Source: Turneriellaceae bacterium (GTDB taxonomy: Bacteria; Spirochaetota; Leptospiria; Turneriellales; JAOUFE01). From it: 64,000 bases of DNA. Made by a program: the position numbers and the translations under genes. Positions within the stretch are counted from its first letter, which is position 1. Each line of letters starts with the position of its first letter. The notes below the pieces were generated by a model. It had not been told where the DNA came from and searched no databases. It saw only the letters and a list, made by a program, of their open reading frames with translations. This document shows, piece by piece, positions 44,944-54,639 of this stretch. Location: assembly GCA_050304475.1 (NCBI GenBank), contig JBNLDQ010000003.1:143833-207832 (forward strand), written 5' to 3'.

Positions 44944-45378
44944 TTAGTTTGTATTTTTCACCGACACTTTTGTCACCCCGTTTGTTTTCACCAGCGAGAG
45001 AGCGTCGACTAGCCGCTCATAACGAATGTCGGGGTTCATGTAAATGACCGCAATCACCTTCGGCTTCTCTTTTAATTTTAACTTTAAAAGTTCATCCAGA
45101 CGCCGGTTGTCGCATAACTCGCCGGCGACCAAAAAACCGCTTTCTTCGGGAGTAATTTCAAACAGCTCGTCTTTATCGACCCTGGTTGTCCCCGCCGACG
45201 CGGAAGGCAACTGAAAAAAAATCCCTTCGTTTAAAGCAAAGGAGCTCGTCACAATAAAAAAAATCAACAGCAAAAAAGCCACATCGGCGATGGAAGAGAG
45301 GTCCTGCTCTGCGTGCGATTTCATACTCTGCCGAACGCGGCGAAGAGCAAAGTATACATATTTATTGGCGCGATTCAC
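44944..45378 (-). CDS. exbD: ExbD/TolR-family protein (start uncertain: GTG 45378 or ATG 45326)
   Basis: IADVAFLLLIFFIVTSSF TM segment. The 200-aa ORF-track version overlaps exbB by 160 nt. GTG 45378 lies 7 nt after the exbB stop. Confidence 0.75.
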   Translation of the reverse strand: MNRANKYVYFALRRVRQSMKSHAEQDLSSIADVAFLLLIFFIVTSSFALNEGIFFQLPSASAGTTRVDKDELFEITPEESGFLVAGELCDNRRLDELLKLKLKEKPKVIAVIYMNPDIRYERLVDALSLVKTNGVTKVSVKNTN

Positions 45379-45385
45379 GTCGACG

Positions 45386-46210
45386 TCAGTCCGCCTTGGG
45401 CGGCGAAACCGAAACCGGCTTGCCTGACGCCTTACCGGTCTTATCTGCAGAGTCATCGGAAAGCATACTTGGCAATCCGGAACAAAGACTTTCAATGATC
45501 CGGTTCGATTCGCGGTAATGGTTTTGGTTGATATGAGAATATACATAATAAATAATCAATATCGGCACCGCAACAATTAAACCGCCGGCCGTTGTAATCA
45601 AAGCCACTTGAATGCCGGAAGCGACCACTTTGGCGTTGACCGTACGGGCCGCCGCAATGGCGGAAAAAGCCCCAATCATCCCGACCACGGTTCCTAAAAA
45701 GCCCAGGAGCGGCGCTATCCCGCCAATCCCCTGGAGAAGCCCCATCCCCTTTTCCAGTTTGTCCATATAAAGCTCGCGCTTATCCAAAAGAGATTTTTCC
45801 AGCTCCTCCTGCCAGGTTGCGGAAAGTTCATTTGCCGTTTGCTCCAAAAGGCCCGAGATCGTCACATATTCCCAGCTGCGGTTTTTATAGTGAAAAAGAG
45901 TTCGCTCGATAATCAAGGTAAGTCCGGCAAGCCCCAGCAAAAACAGCGGGATCATCATTACGCCGCCCTTTTTTATATAAACAAAAAGGGTATCTTCTTC
46001 CGGTTCGGAAACATCAACCTGAAGCGGCATTGCCTGCTCTTCTGCGGTTTCATCGCCGCCCGCATTCTCATTTTCGGCGGCAGGCTGCATTTGCGGTTGC
46101 GCCTGTTGCATTGTCTCGTTGTTTTGAGATAACGGATTTTCTTCTTGCCCGTAGGCCAGGAAAAAACCCGTTAAAAAAAAAGTGAGCAGAGATACTTGAA
46201 TCAGTCGCAT
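45386..46210 (-). CDS. exbB: MotA/TolQ/ExbB-family proton channel with a Q/E/N-rich N-terminal extension
   Basis: [25 protein letters not shown] and [29 protein letters not shown]. Confidence 0.9.
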   Translation of the reverse strand: MRLIQVSLLTFFLTGFFLAYGQEENPLSQNNETMQQAQPQMQPAAENENAGGDETAEEQAMPLQVDVSEPEEDTLFVYIKKGGVMMIPLFLLGLAGLTLIIERTLFHYKNRSWEYVTISGLLEQTANELSATWQEELEKSLLDKRELYMDKLEKGMGLLQGIGGIAPLLGFLGTVVGMIGAFSAIAAARTVNAKVVASGIQVALITTAGGLIVAVPILIIYYVYSHINQNHYRESNRIIESLCSGLPSMLSDDSADKTGKASGKPVSVSPPKAD

Positions 46211-46240
46211 TGATAGAGTCCTTTGTCGATATTAGAATTT

Positions 46241-46933
46241 TTACAAATGATACTTCAACGAGACAAATATTTTCGGATTCGTATCAGGCTGGTTAATTGC
46301 GTTGTCGGCATCGGTATAAGTATAGTCATTCCTCGGGTTATCGTCAACACCGTCAGGCGAATAAAAATTACCGTGACCAATTAACATTGACGGAAAAAAG
46401 TAATCAAGCCCGCTGTTTATTTCAAACGATATTTTCGACGAAAGCTTTAGATCAAGACGCAAGCCGCCGCCCATCCCCCAAGTGTGGTTGTAAACATCGA
46501 AGGCTTCATTGCCGCCCTGGTAATTAAAGTGAGCTTTATATCTGACATAACGAGCGCCGCCATACATTGACACCGAAAGGTCGCTCTTTGTAATGATTTT
46601 ATAGCTTAAATCGGACGAGAGATACAATGTTTTACCATATTTTTCAATATTGTCGTTCCCGTTCGTATTGTCGTTGATAAATATCTTTCTGGCTTCCGTC
46701 GCCACGCCGGAATTCTGCTGGGTGAAGTAGCCAAAACCAAAATGCATTCCGAACGGATATGACCGCGATAATTGCGTTGCCGAAAACTCCATTCCTAAAC
46801 CGACGCCGTTGAAAAATCCCCCCAGAGCCGCAATTGAAATATTCGGCCCTGCCGTTTTTTTTGAGGCAGCGTTTACCATCGGTTGAAAAAAAGGCTGGAG
46901 CGCCAACAAAAAGAAACATATTTTTTTTCGCAT
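46241..46933 (-). CDS. Small outer-membrane beta-barrel protein (OmpA-like / porin-family barrel)
   Basis: Signal peptide MRKKICFFLLALQPFFQPMVNAAS. Alternating Gly/aromatic beta-strand pattern (GLGMEFSA, FGMHFGFGYF, MYGGARYVRY, GMGGGLRLDL). First gene of the minus-strand Ton operon. Confidence 0.7.
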   Translation of the reverse strand: MRKKICFFLLALQPFFQPMVNAASKKTAGPNISIAALGGFFNGVGLGMEFSATQLSRSYPFGMHFGFGYFTQQNSGVATEARKIFINDNTNGNDNIEKYGKTLYLSSDLSYKIITKSDLSVSMYGGARYVRYKAHFNYQGGNEAFDVYNHTWGMGGGLRLDLKLSSKISFEINSGLDYFFPSMLIGHGNFYSPDGVDDNPRNDYTYTDADNAINQPDTNPKIFVSLKYHL

Positions 46934-47287
46934 AATGAGTTACGTATCAAATTCCATTGTGACGGTAAATTATTTTTTCAGAGCTAACGTTTTCAATTTT
47001 TATTTAAAATCGCCGAAACCTCGCAGCCGGCCCAGACAAGCGCGCAGAGGCAATACGTTGGCCAACCTGAATTGACAAAATGAGTTATAATTGACACCGA
47101 AAAGCGGTGGTTACAAAAAACATGGATACGGAATAGAATACGCCTTTAAAAGTGAAACCGGCATCAAATTTATTAAATTCAGTGTGGGCCTTTTAATATA
47201 AACATAATATAAGCAGCGATAGTTTAGAACAAACGTACAAATAGTGCTTTTCATATCATCAAAATAGCCTGCATTGTTTCAAACGAG

Positions 47288-48559
47288 ATGGAGCCTTTAG
47301 CCGAAAGAATGCGCCCGAAAAGCCTGAGCGAATACACCGGCCAGGAACATATTATCGGCGATGGCGCAATCTTGCGAAAAGCGATTGAAAACAACACGTT
47401 GCCCAGTATCATTTTCTGGGGTCCCCCCGGTTCGGGCAAAACGACGCTGGCCGGTATCATCTCCAAAGAATTAAAGCGGCCGTTTTATACGTTAAGCGCC
47501 ATTAACTCCGGCGTAAAAGAGGTGCGGGACGTCATTGAAAAAGCGGAAAAGTCGGGCATGTTTGAAAATGCGCGCCCTGTCTTGTTCATTGATGAAATAC
47601 ACCGTTTTTCAAAATCGCAACAAGACTCATTGCTTGCCGCCGTTGAAAAAGGGACCATTACCTTGATCGGAGCGACAACGGAAAACCCGTCGTTTGAAGT
47701 AATTTCGCCGCTTCTTTCCCGCTGCCAGACATATTTTTTAAAGCCGCTCAATGAAGAACAAATGCTTGGTATCATGCAACGGGCTCTGCAATGCGATAAA
47801 ATTCTTTCTAAGAAAGAAGTCAAGCTGGAAGAAACAAATGCTTTGCTGCAATTGGCTGACGGCGACGCCCGCCGGCTTTTAAACAACCTGGAACTGACCA
47901 TCCAAAGCCGGGGGGAAGACTCACTCACCATTACGGATGAAACCGTTCTCAATAGTCTGCAACAAACCATGGGACGCTACGACAAAAACGGCGATCAGCA
48001 CTATGATATCATTTCGGCGTTTATCAAATCTCTGCGGGGCAGCGACCCGAATGGCGCCGTGTACTGGCTGGCCCGCATGGTAGAAGCCGGAGAAAAGCCC
48101 GAGTTTATCGCCCGGCGGATGCTGATTTTATCGTCAGAAGATATCGGCAACGCCAACCCCACCGCGCTTGTGGTGGCGACCAATACCTTCCAGGCGGTTC
48201 ATATGGTAGGCTGGCCCGAGGCGCGCATTATTTTATCGCAATGCGCCATTTATTTAGCAACCTCGCCGAAAAGCAATGCGGCGTACCAAGCCATCAGCGA
48301 AGCGCAACAAACGGTTCGAAAAACAGGGAGCCTGCCGGTGCCTCTCCATATCCGAAATGCCCCCACCCGCTTCATGAAAGAGATGGGGTATTCTAAAGGG
48401 TACAAGTATGCCCATGACAACCCCGGCAACTTTTCGGAACAAGAGTATTTGCCGAAAGAAATCGAAGGCCAAGCGTTTTACCGGCCGGGCGACAATGCAA
48501 GAGAAAATGAAATCCGCAAGAGATTGCAATCCTGGTGGGGGAAAAAATATGAGTACTGA
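47288..48559 (+). CDS. rarA: Replication-associated recombination protein A (AAA+ ATPase)
   Basis: Walker A FWGPPGSGKTTLA, Walker B LFIDEIHRF, sensor region GATTENPSF, and C-terminal MgsA-type GYKYAHD. Confidence 0.95.
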   Translation: MEPLAERMRPKSLSEYTGQEHIIGDGAILRKAIENNTLPSIIFWGPPGSGKTTLAGIISKELKRPFYTLSAINSGVKEVRDVIEKAEKSGMFENARPVLFIDEIHRFSKSQQDSLLAAVEKGTITLIGATTENPSFEVISPLLSRCQTYFLKPLNEEQMLGIMQRALQCDKILSKKEVKLEETNALLQLADGDARRLLNNLELTIQSRGEDSLTITDETVLNSLQQTMGRYDKNGDQHYDIISAFIKSLRGSDPNGAVYWLARMVEAGEKPEFIARRMLILSSEDIGNANPTALVVATNTFQAVHMVGWPEARIILSQCAIYLATSPKSNAAYQAISEAQQTVRKTGSLPVPLHIRNAPTRFMKEMGYSKGYKYAHDNPGNFSEQEYLPKEIEGQAFYRPGDNARENEIRKRLQSWWGKKYEY

Positions 48560-49610
48560 ATCGAAGAGATCCCCCGCAAGCGTAAAGTCGATTTTAGTCG
48601 CCCTTGGTTTTACCTTTGTTTTTACTGTTCTTTCGCCCGCGTTTGCCCCGGTATTTGCACAAGGGGCCATCAAGCGATTTTTCTTTAAACCGCTCCCCGC
48701 CGGCATCTATTATGTAAAGCAACCTGCCAGTTCGTTTTTAAAACCTCAAGATATCGCGTACCTTTTTCCCGCGAAAAATTACGAAATCACGCCGTTATTG
48801 GAAACGGAAAAACAACTCTACCGCCATTTACAAAACGGAAAGTACAAAGATGCCGAACTCACCCTGACTGAAAACATCAACCACCCTTACTCTATTTTAA
48901 ACCTTGTCTTGCTTTACCTCTATCTCGAAGAGTACAATAACGCGTTTCAGTTGTTCCGCGCGTGGCAGCAAACCGTAGATACGCCCACCATGATACGCTT
49001 TGTTAACTTTCTCAACGCCCGCAACTGGCGTTATGTAGAATCCCGTTTGGCAAGCGAATGGATAGAGCCTCGCATAAAATTTTACGCCCTGGATCGCTAT
49101 TTTCAAAAAGCGATGAATGTAATCGCTGTCCGCCAAAACTTTTATTACTGGGAAACCAGCCTGGGGCTGAGAGACGGAAAAAGCATTTCCGCGCAGGATA
49201 CCTCAAAAGAGTCTTTACAGTTATACTTGAAGGCCAGAGTCGATTGGATGTTACTCAACAACAACAAAGACGCCCTGTTAAAATGGGATGCCGCGGCAAA
49301 AAAAATGCTCAACCCGTCTCAGTTGTTGCTTTTGCAAGAGACGACCGGGGTGAGGCGGGTAAATTTCGGCGATGTTGCGCAAATGAAAAAACAAAACCCA
49401 AGCCATGACTTTTACACGCGTTATTTTTTCGTCTTATGGGAAAACGGCAAAGCCGATCAACTGCGCCGTTTCATCAATGAAGTGGACTTGCAATACACAT
49501 ATTCGGACGGCGATATGGAAGAAGCGATCACCGTTGTGGAAAAACAACAAAAAGCCCCCGAAGCAGTCATCATCAATATCAAAAAGCCGGGGAACACAAT
49601 TGCCCCATAA
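48549..49610 (+). CDS. Hypothetical secreted protein
   Basis: Start moved to ATG 48549 (MSTESKRSPASVKSILVALGFTFVFTVLSPAFAPVFAQG, signal-like). The 48408 version lies inside rarA. Confidence 0.7.
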   Translation: MSTESKRSPASVKSILVALGFTFVFTVLSPAFAPVFAQGAIKRFFFKPLPAGIYYVKQPASSFLKPQDIAYLFPAKNYEITPLLETEKQLYRHLQNGKYKDAELTLTENINHPYSILNLVLLYLYLEEYNNAFQLFRAWQQTVDTPTMIRFVNFLNARNWRYVESRLASEWIEPRIKFYALDRYFQKAMNVIAVRQNFYYWETSLGLRDGKSISAQDTSKESLQLYLKARVDWMLLNNNKDALLKWDAAAKKMLNPSQLLLLQETTGVRRVNFGDVAQMKKQNPSHDFYTRYFFVLWENGKADQLRRFINEVDLQYTYSDGDMEEAITVVEKQQKAPEAVIINIKKPGNTIAP

Positions 49611-49648
49611 CGGCCTTTGTTCACCCAAAACGCCCACACAAGTTGATT

Positions 49649-50956
49649 TTACAATAACATTGAAACGGACATGCGCAAAGCCAGGTTAGAAGCGCCGCTT
49701 CTCCAGGCGGTGAGAACATTGCCATGAACCAGCAAGTACCCCGGAATCAATGCGATATCGGCGTAAATACCGGTATAGCAATCCTGGTTGCGATAAGTAC
49801 TGAAATCGGCCAGCTCGACAATATTTTCCCGCAAGTATACAAAAGAAAAAATATCGTCCTCTTTTTTCCAATGGTACTTTAATCGAACGGTAGCGACAGG
49901 TGTAAGTTCCGGGTAGAGTTCCGCTTCAACCGTAAGACCGGAAGGAGAAGCAAACCCCGGAGAAACCCCGGCCAATATGCCGTGCCGGCGCCCCTTTTCC
50001 AGCCAGACGTTTTCGTTGCCGTCAATAACCTCTTCTTTTCGAATCGGATAAAGCGGAGAAAGATAATGCCCCGCCGGGTGGGCCTCGCTTTTGTTGACAT
50101 AGCCCGTACGCACGCCTACCCTGGGGAGAGAGGTCCAAATGCCGGCTAACGCGCGCGTTGAATACTCTTCGGAAAGAAATTGCGAATGAAAAACATGGGC
50201 GGATAAAATCGCTCCCGAGAGCATCATATCGCCCTGAAAGCCCCCCGATAAAACCTCAAGAGCGGCCCCGTAATTTTGAAAGCCGGGTTCGGCAGCGTTA
50301 TCCCCCCAAAGCACCGGAGTAATATTCATATCGCGGAATATGTAAATTTGCTTTTTAGAAAAAGGCTGTAGCTGTATTTTACCGAGAACCAGAGACGATT
50401 TTGTCAAAACATCCGACCCGATAATTTCGCCGCCCGGGTACAGAATCGACACATACCTGCTGAGAAAAGCGCTGTCCGGCCCGTAAAACGGATTATCCCA
50501 ATAGGTAAGACCGCTGTTTTCCCCCGGTACGCCCGAGCTGAAAAGAAGCGCCGCCTCTCTGTACTGAAGGCGCAGTTTTTCCAAATAAACCAGCTCGTAA
50601 CCGGTCTTTTGCGTCTGCGTGACCCAATGGTATTCCTTGCTCTCTTTTTTCGGGGGCAGCGCCGGCAGATAGGGTAGATACGATTCTCGCAAGAGAATTG
50701 GAACATACAACAAAAACTCCGCCTGGCCCTTGTCAAACTCCGCCGTGTAGCCGAACCGGGTTTCCCAGGCGGCAATAAACGATTCGTTCATCCCCCAAAG
50801 GGCCGGACCAAGCTGCAAGCCATCGCGCCCTGAAGCCGACGCCGGTTGGATAGAAATTAAAAATAAAAAAGAAAAAAGAGTTCCGAAAAAATACCGCGAG
50901 AAAATACGTCTCCCGTTGTTATTCGGGGCAGACATTCGGCTCTTCTTTCTTTTCAT
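49649..50956 (-). CDS. Hypothetical secreted or outer-membrane protein
   Basis: From ATG 50956: MKRKKSRMSAPNNNGRRIFSRYFFGTLFSFLFLISIQPASA (signal-like), then a Gly/aromatic-rich sequence. The ORF-track start 51007 adds only a PKQ-repeat extension. Confidence 0.65.
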   Translation of the reverse strand: MKRKKSRMSAPNNNGRRIFSRYFFGTLFSFLFLISIQPASASGRDGLQLGPALWGMNESFIAAWETRFGYTAEFDKGQAEFLLYVPILLRESYLPYLPALPPKKESKEYHWVTQTQKTGYELVYLEKLRLQYREAALLFSSGVPGENSGLTYWDNPFYGPDSAFLSRYVSILYPGGEIIGSDVLTKSSLVLGKIQLQPFSKKQIYIFRDMNITPVLWGDNAAEPGFQNYGAALEVLSGGFQGDMMLSGAILSAHVFHSQFLSEEYSTRALAGIWTSLPRVGVRTGYVNKSEAHPAGHYLSPLYPIRKEEVIDGNENVWLEKGRRHGILAGVSPGFASPSGLTVEAELYPELTPVATVRLKYHWKKEDDIFSFVYLRENIVELADFSTYRNQDCYTGIYADIALIPGYLLVHGNVLTAWRSGASNLALRMSVSMLL

Positions 50957-51159
50957 TATATCCGTTTGTTTTGGTTGTTTTGGTTGTTTTGGTTCCTGAA
51001 CCGGCATTTGTTTGCAAACCTATCATACAGCCTGTCATGAAGTCTATTATGAAGCAGGATCATTTTGGATTCTCCCTGTCCACTCTTTCACGCGCTTGCC
51101 AATCATACAAACCTTTACATATTCGCTTTACGTTAGGAGATCATCCATAGTTTTGCCGT

Positions 51160-51726
51160 ATGCGTCTACCGGAAGAACTGGAACACTTTGAGGAAGATCA
51201 TGATAAATATATTCATGATAAACCCGGTAATATTTTTCAACGCCAATGGAACTTTTTTAAAAATTCCGTGATCTCGTTAGTAACGCATGGGTTAACGCCG
51301 ACCGGCATGGCCTGGGGATTTTCTCTTGGATTTATCGTCGGGACTTTTCCGATCCCCGGAACGCATACGATTTTAGGAATTATTTTTGCATATATTTTCA
51401 GATTGAATCAGGTGGCTGTCTATATCAGCTCCATTGTCGCTTTCCCCTTCTTTCTGATTTTATTTATCCCTTCCTTGCGCTTTGGCGAATTTCTCTTTCA
51501 GGCCAACCCGCTTCGCAAAGAAGAAGTCTTGCAAGGGCTGCAGCAAATGTGGAACTCTTTTGACGATTTCAAAGCGGTTATGTGGGACTACGGGGAAGCG
51601 ATTTTACACATCATCATCGGCTGGATGCCCCTGGTATTGTTTTCGGCGGCAATTGTCTATCTCATCGCCTACGCCATCGCCGTACGGGTCATGCGAAAGT
51701 ATGGTACGGACGAAACCCCGGAATAG
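51160..51726 (+). CDS. DUF2062-like membrane protein
   Basis: GLTPTGMAWGFSLGFIVGTFPIPGTHTILGIIFAYIFRLNQVAVYISSIVAFP matches my recollection of the DUF2062 core pattern. Confidence 0.7.
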   Translation: MRLPEELEHFEEDHDKYIHDKPGNIFQRQWNFFKNSVISLVTHGLTPTGMAWGFSLGFIVGTFPIPGTHTILGIIFAYIFRLNQVAVYISSIVAFPFFLILFIPSLRFGEFLFQANPLRKEEVLQGLQQMWNSFDDFKAVMWDYGEAILHIIIGWMPLVLFSAAIVYLIAYAIAVRVMRKYGTDETPE

Positions 51727-51761
51727 CCCGAAGATTCAAACCAAAAGATTAAGCCGAAAGA

Positions 51762-52115
51762 TCAAGATAAATACCAGGTCGCGCCCCAAACCAGGGCGGT
51801 AAAAATAGAAAGAGCGATTACGCTGATAGAGCTGTCTTTGTCATTTGCGGCATAGAGCGTATAAATCAACGATAACGGCCAAATCCAAAACAGAGCTAAA
51901 AAAGCCAAATCGACAGTTTCGGTTAAAATTGCCCGGAACGGAAAATGCTCCAACGAAAATATTTTCATGATATCGGCTCGCCAAAAAAATCCGTACACCG
52001 ATAAAAAGACAAGGGGCGTAATGCGAATCGCCCAGTGAATGGATCTTCGAAACAAGAGCAGTATCAGGCTCAAGACAATCCAAATCAAGAAGGGTAGCAA
52101 AATTGCTCTATCCAT
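51762..52115 (-). CDS. Small hydrophobic membrane protein (117 aa), unknown function
   Basis: Four predicted TM segments. The start overlaps the pdxA stop by 31 nt, so it is in the same operon. Confidence 0.55.
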   Translation of the reverse strand: MDRAILLPFLIWIVLSLILLLFRRSIHWAIRITPLVFLSVYGFFWRADIMKIFSLEHFPFRAILTETVDLAFLALFWIWPLSLIYTLYAANDKDSSISVIALSIFTALVWGATWYLS

Positions 52116-52942
52116 TTTTCTCCGTAATCCAGCGCAAAAACAAGGCTGTTAAAGACACTTTCCGAATCGGCTCCATTTTTTCCAGCAAATTCGTAAGCCG
52201 GACCATGATCCGGGGAGACGCGTAAAGCCGGTAAATTCAGCGTGATATTAATCCCCTGGGCTCCAAATAACGCCTTAAAAGGAATCAATGCCTGGTCATG
52301 AGAACAAGCGGCAATGAGAGAATATTTTCTCCGGTTCGCTTCAATAAACAACCCGTCAGCCGGGTAAGGTCCGCTCATATCGATTTTTCTCGATCGTAGC
52401 CGCCGGATATATTCTTTTAATAATGACTCTTCGTCTCCGATTTTACCGTTTTCCCCCGCATGTGGGTTTAGGCCCGTCATCGCAAAAGGCCGCCGTGGTT
52501 TTAGCAGTCTGGTAAAAAACAACAATGCGTCGCCCAAACTTTCGACATCCAACCGCGAGATGGCGCGGGGAACTTTCTTAAAAGGAATGTGTTGCGTCAG
52601 GGGGATCACCGAAAGCAAAGGATGGTACATGCACATGACCCCTTCTCTTTTGTATAACCGGGCAATCACTTCGGTGTGTCCGTGAAAGCCTGGCGTCGTT
52701 TGTGAAATCAACTCTTTGGAAACAGGCAATGTAATAAGAGTGGCGTTCCCCAGGGCTTTCCACACGGCAGCGGCTTTTTGAAACGATTCAAAAGAACGTT
52801 GTGCCAGTTTAACCGTCGGGTGACCGGGGCGAAAGCGCAAGCCTTCGCTCATGGCCATAAAAAGCGGCTTTTCGGTTTTGCCTCTTTCGGCCAACGTACG
52901 CTCCGCATTTTGTACACCCTCAAACGGCGTTACGTCAAACAA
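52085..52942 (-). CDS. pdxA: 4-hydroxythreonine-4-phosphate dehydrogenase, 3' ORF of a frameshifted gene
   Basis: GHTEVIARLY, TGLNPHAGENG, HDQALIPFK and RVSPDHGPAYEFAGK are PdxA signatures. The expected N-terminal nucleotide-binding segment is encoded in another frame at 52999..53124. Confidence 0.85.
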   Translation of the reverse strand: MFDVTPFEGVQNAERTLAERGKTEKPLFMAMSEGLRFRPGHPTVKLAQRSFESFQKAAAVWKALGNATLITLPVSKELISQTTPGFHGHTEVIARLYKREGVMCMYHPLLSVIPLTQHIPFKKVPRAISRLDVESLGDALLFFTRLLKPRRPFAMTGLNPHAGENGKIGDEESLLKEYIRRLRSRKIDMSGPYPADGLFIEANRRKYSLIAACSHDQALIPFKALFGAQGINITLNLPALRVSPDHGPAYEFAGKNGADSESVFNSLVFALDYGEKWIEQFCYPS

Positions 52943-52998
52943 GCGGCGGATGATTTCTTCCTGGCCTGAAAACAGATCGCCAATAACGACAAGCTGGT

Positions 52999-53124
52999 TT
53001 AATTTTTTAATCTGGGAATTTGAGAAACGTTTTTTTTTTGGCGCAAAATCTGCAAAAACAAAGGCCAGCCGACCCCGCAGATATCGCCCATGGATACAAT
53101 GATTCTATGAATGCCGGATTTCAT
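52999..53124 (-). pseudogene. pdxA: 5' fragment of pdxA, separated from the main ORF by a frameshift in an A10 run (53030-53039)
   Basis: ATG 53124 gives MKSGIHRIIVSMGDICGVGWPLFLQILRQKKN..., matching the PdxA N-terminal I-x-x-G-D-x-x-G-I-G-x-E pattern. One extra A in the run would fuse it in frame to 52085..52942. Confidence 0.7.
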
Positions 53125-53138
53125 AACCCGGAGGCGCC

Positions 53139-53582
53139 TTATTTTCCCCTGGCGCGTTCGACGCTCGCCTTAAAGGCGGCTTCTTTTGCCGAGTCTTTTC
53201 CGTATTCCGTTTCAATGACATCTTTTGCGGAATGTTTCAGGTCGTTTGAAATGGTACACCGGCCTTCCAGAATAACCCCGTTCTGGATGATCAATTCGGG
53301 CGTTTTAATATCGCCATAAATTTTAGCGGTGGGCAATAACATCACCCGGTTGCGGGCGGTAATATTCCCGAGAATGACGCCTTCAACGATCACGGAGTTT
53401 GCAATAATATTGGTTTTGACTTTCCCGGTAACGCCAATATAAAGCTGTTCAGCCTGAAGAGATTTTCCTTCAAACTTTCCGTCAATTTTAAGACTTCCGT
53501 TAATAAAAAAGCGGCCTGTAAAAAATGAGTTGGGGCCAATTGTTGAGTTTGTAATTTCTTGCGAGCTTTTTACAAGGGCCAT
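53139..53582 (-). CDS. Bactofilin-family polymer-forming cytoskeletal protein
   Basis: Repetitive beta-helix pattern: GPNSFFTGRFFINGSLKIDGKFEGKSLQAEQLYIGVTGKVKTNIIANSVIVEGVILGNITA...IYGDIKTPELIIQNGVILEG. Confidence 0.9.
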   Translation of the reverse strand: MALVKSSQEITNSTIGPNSFFTGRFFINGSLKIDGKFEGKSLQAEQLYIGVTGKVKTNIIANSVIVEGVILGNITARNRVMLLPTAKIYGDIKTPELIIQNGVILEGRCTISNDLKHSAKDVIETEYGKDSAKEAAFKASVERARGK

Positions 53583-53694
53583 ATTTTTATCTCCTGCGGC
53601 AAACTGGCAGGTTCGGCCAGTTTGTCAAAATTCTTTTTCATTCTATTCCAAGGGTTCCCGGGCCGGAGCGTTCCGGCGCCCGGAGAAAGCGCGA

Positions 53695-54318
53695 TTAATC
53701 CGCTTCGGTGATTTCAATCTCCATTTCAACGCGTTCCAGGGGGTTGTCTCGCTCGTCGCGCGCCTCATTTACAATTTTATCCACAACATCCATGCCTTCA
53801 ACCACCTGGCCAAAAACCGTATATTGTCCGTCCAGGAAGGGCGAATCGGCTACGCAAATAAAAAATTGCGAGCCGGCGCTGTTCGGGTCGGCTGAACGGG
53901 CCATGGACAAAATACCGCGCGCATGCGGTTTGTTGTTAAATTCGGCGTCGATCATATACCCCGGTCCGCCTGTCCCGTAAAAGGGACGCGCTTCAATGTC
54001 TTTGGTTTTAGGGTCGCCGCCCTGGATCATAAACCCGGGGATCACTCGATGAAAGATGGTCCCGTCGTAGAATCCTTCTTTTGCAAGTTTTACAAAATTC
54101 TTTACATGGTTTGGCGCCACTTCCGGGAAAAATTCCAATTTAATGTTGCCGTGTCTGGTTTTAATAATTGCCATTTGATTTTTGCCATTTCCTTTATCGG
54201 TTTTTTGGGCGACTTCTTGTTGATCGCCGGCACCTGAGGCCGCTCTTTCTTTGCATGTGATCGTTGCCACAGTAAAAAGAGAGATCAATGCGGTTATCAG
54301 GTATAAATTCTTTTTCAT
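53695..54318 (-). CDS. Cyclophilin-type peptidyl-prolyl cis-trans isomerase, probable lipoprotein
   Basis: FHRVIPGFMIQGGDP, GILSMARSADPNSAGSQFFI, and FGQVVEGMDVVDKI. N-terminus MKKNLYLITALISLFTVATITC from ATG 54318. Confidence 0.9.
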   Translation of the reverse strand: MKKNLYLITALISLFTVATITCKERAASGAGDQQEVAQKTDKGNGKNQMAIIKTRHGNIKLEFFPEVAPNHVKNFVKLAKEGFYDGTIFHRVIPGFMIQGGDPKTKDIEARPFYGTGGPGYMIDAEFNNKPHARGILSMARSADPNSAGSQFFICVADSPFLDGQYTVFGQVVEGMDVVDKIVNEARDERDNPLERVEMEIEITEAD

Positions 54319-54639
54319 ATCATCCAAAACAATGCTACTGAGGTAAACTGACAACTATAATTTCATGGTAAAGAGCCTGTCATGCGAGGGGGGTTTTTTC
54401 ATGCGACAAAAAAAGTTCATCTTGATAGAACAAAAGCCCCACCCTGGGTGGGGATAATTCAAGAAGTCGCCGTTTTTTACCGCTTTTTTCAAAAAAACCG
54501 GTAAAAAAAGAAGAAACGACCAAACAAAGCCGCTTGGCAGGCAAAAATATTAAAAAAACGGAAAATCAAAAAAAGAAAAGTTGTTTACATGATCGAAAAT
54601 CCCTGTTCCCTGTTTACCGGAACAGATCAGGAGGCTCAA

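Noticed and set aside
45379-45546. The N-terminal 56 codons of the 200-aa ExbD ORF in the track.
   Set aside because: This stretch overlaps the exbB 3' end by 160 nt. An in-frame GTG lies 7 nt after the exbB stop, or ATG 45326 is available, and either gives a normal-length ExbD.
47071-47090. TTGACA (47071-47076) and TATAAT (47085-47090) hexamers in the OMP/rarA intergenic region.
   Set aside because: They are separated by only 8 nt, which is incompatible with a sigma70 promoter. Probably chance hexamers in AT-rich DNA.
48408-48548. The N-terminal 47 codons of the 400-aa ORF downstream of rarA.
   Set aside because: This stretch lies inside rarA in another frame. ATG 48549 is followed by a signal peptide.
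53030-53039. Programmed -1 ribosomal frameshifting at the A10 run in pdxA.
   Set aside because: I considered this because A-AAA-AAA is slippery. However, I could see no downstream stimulatory structure, and I know of no precedent for recoding in pdxA. A homopolymer length error or a pseudogene is more parsimonious. It is kept as an alternative in the finding.
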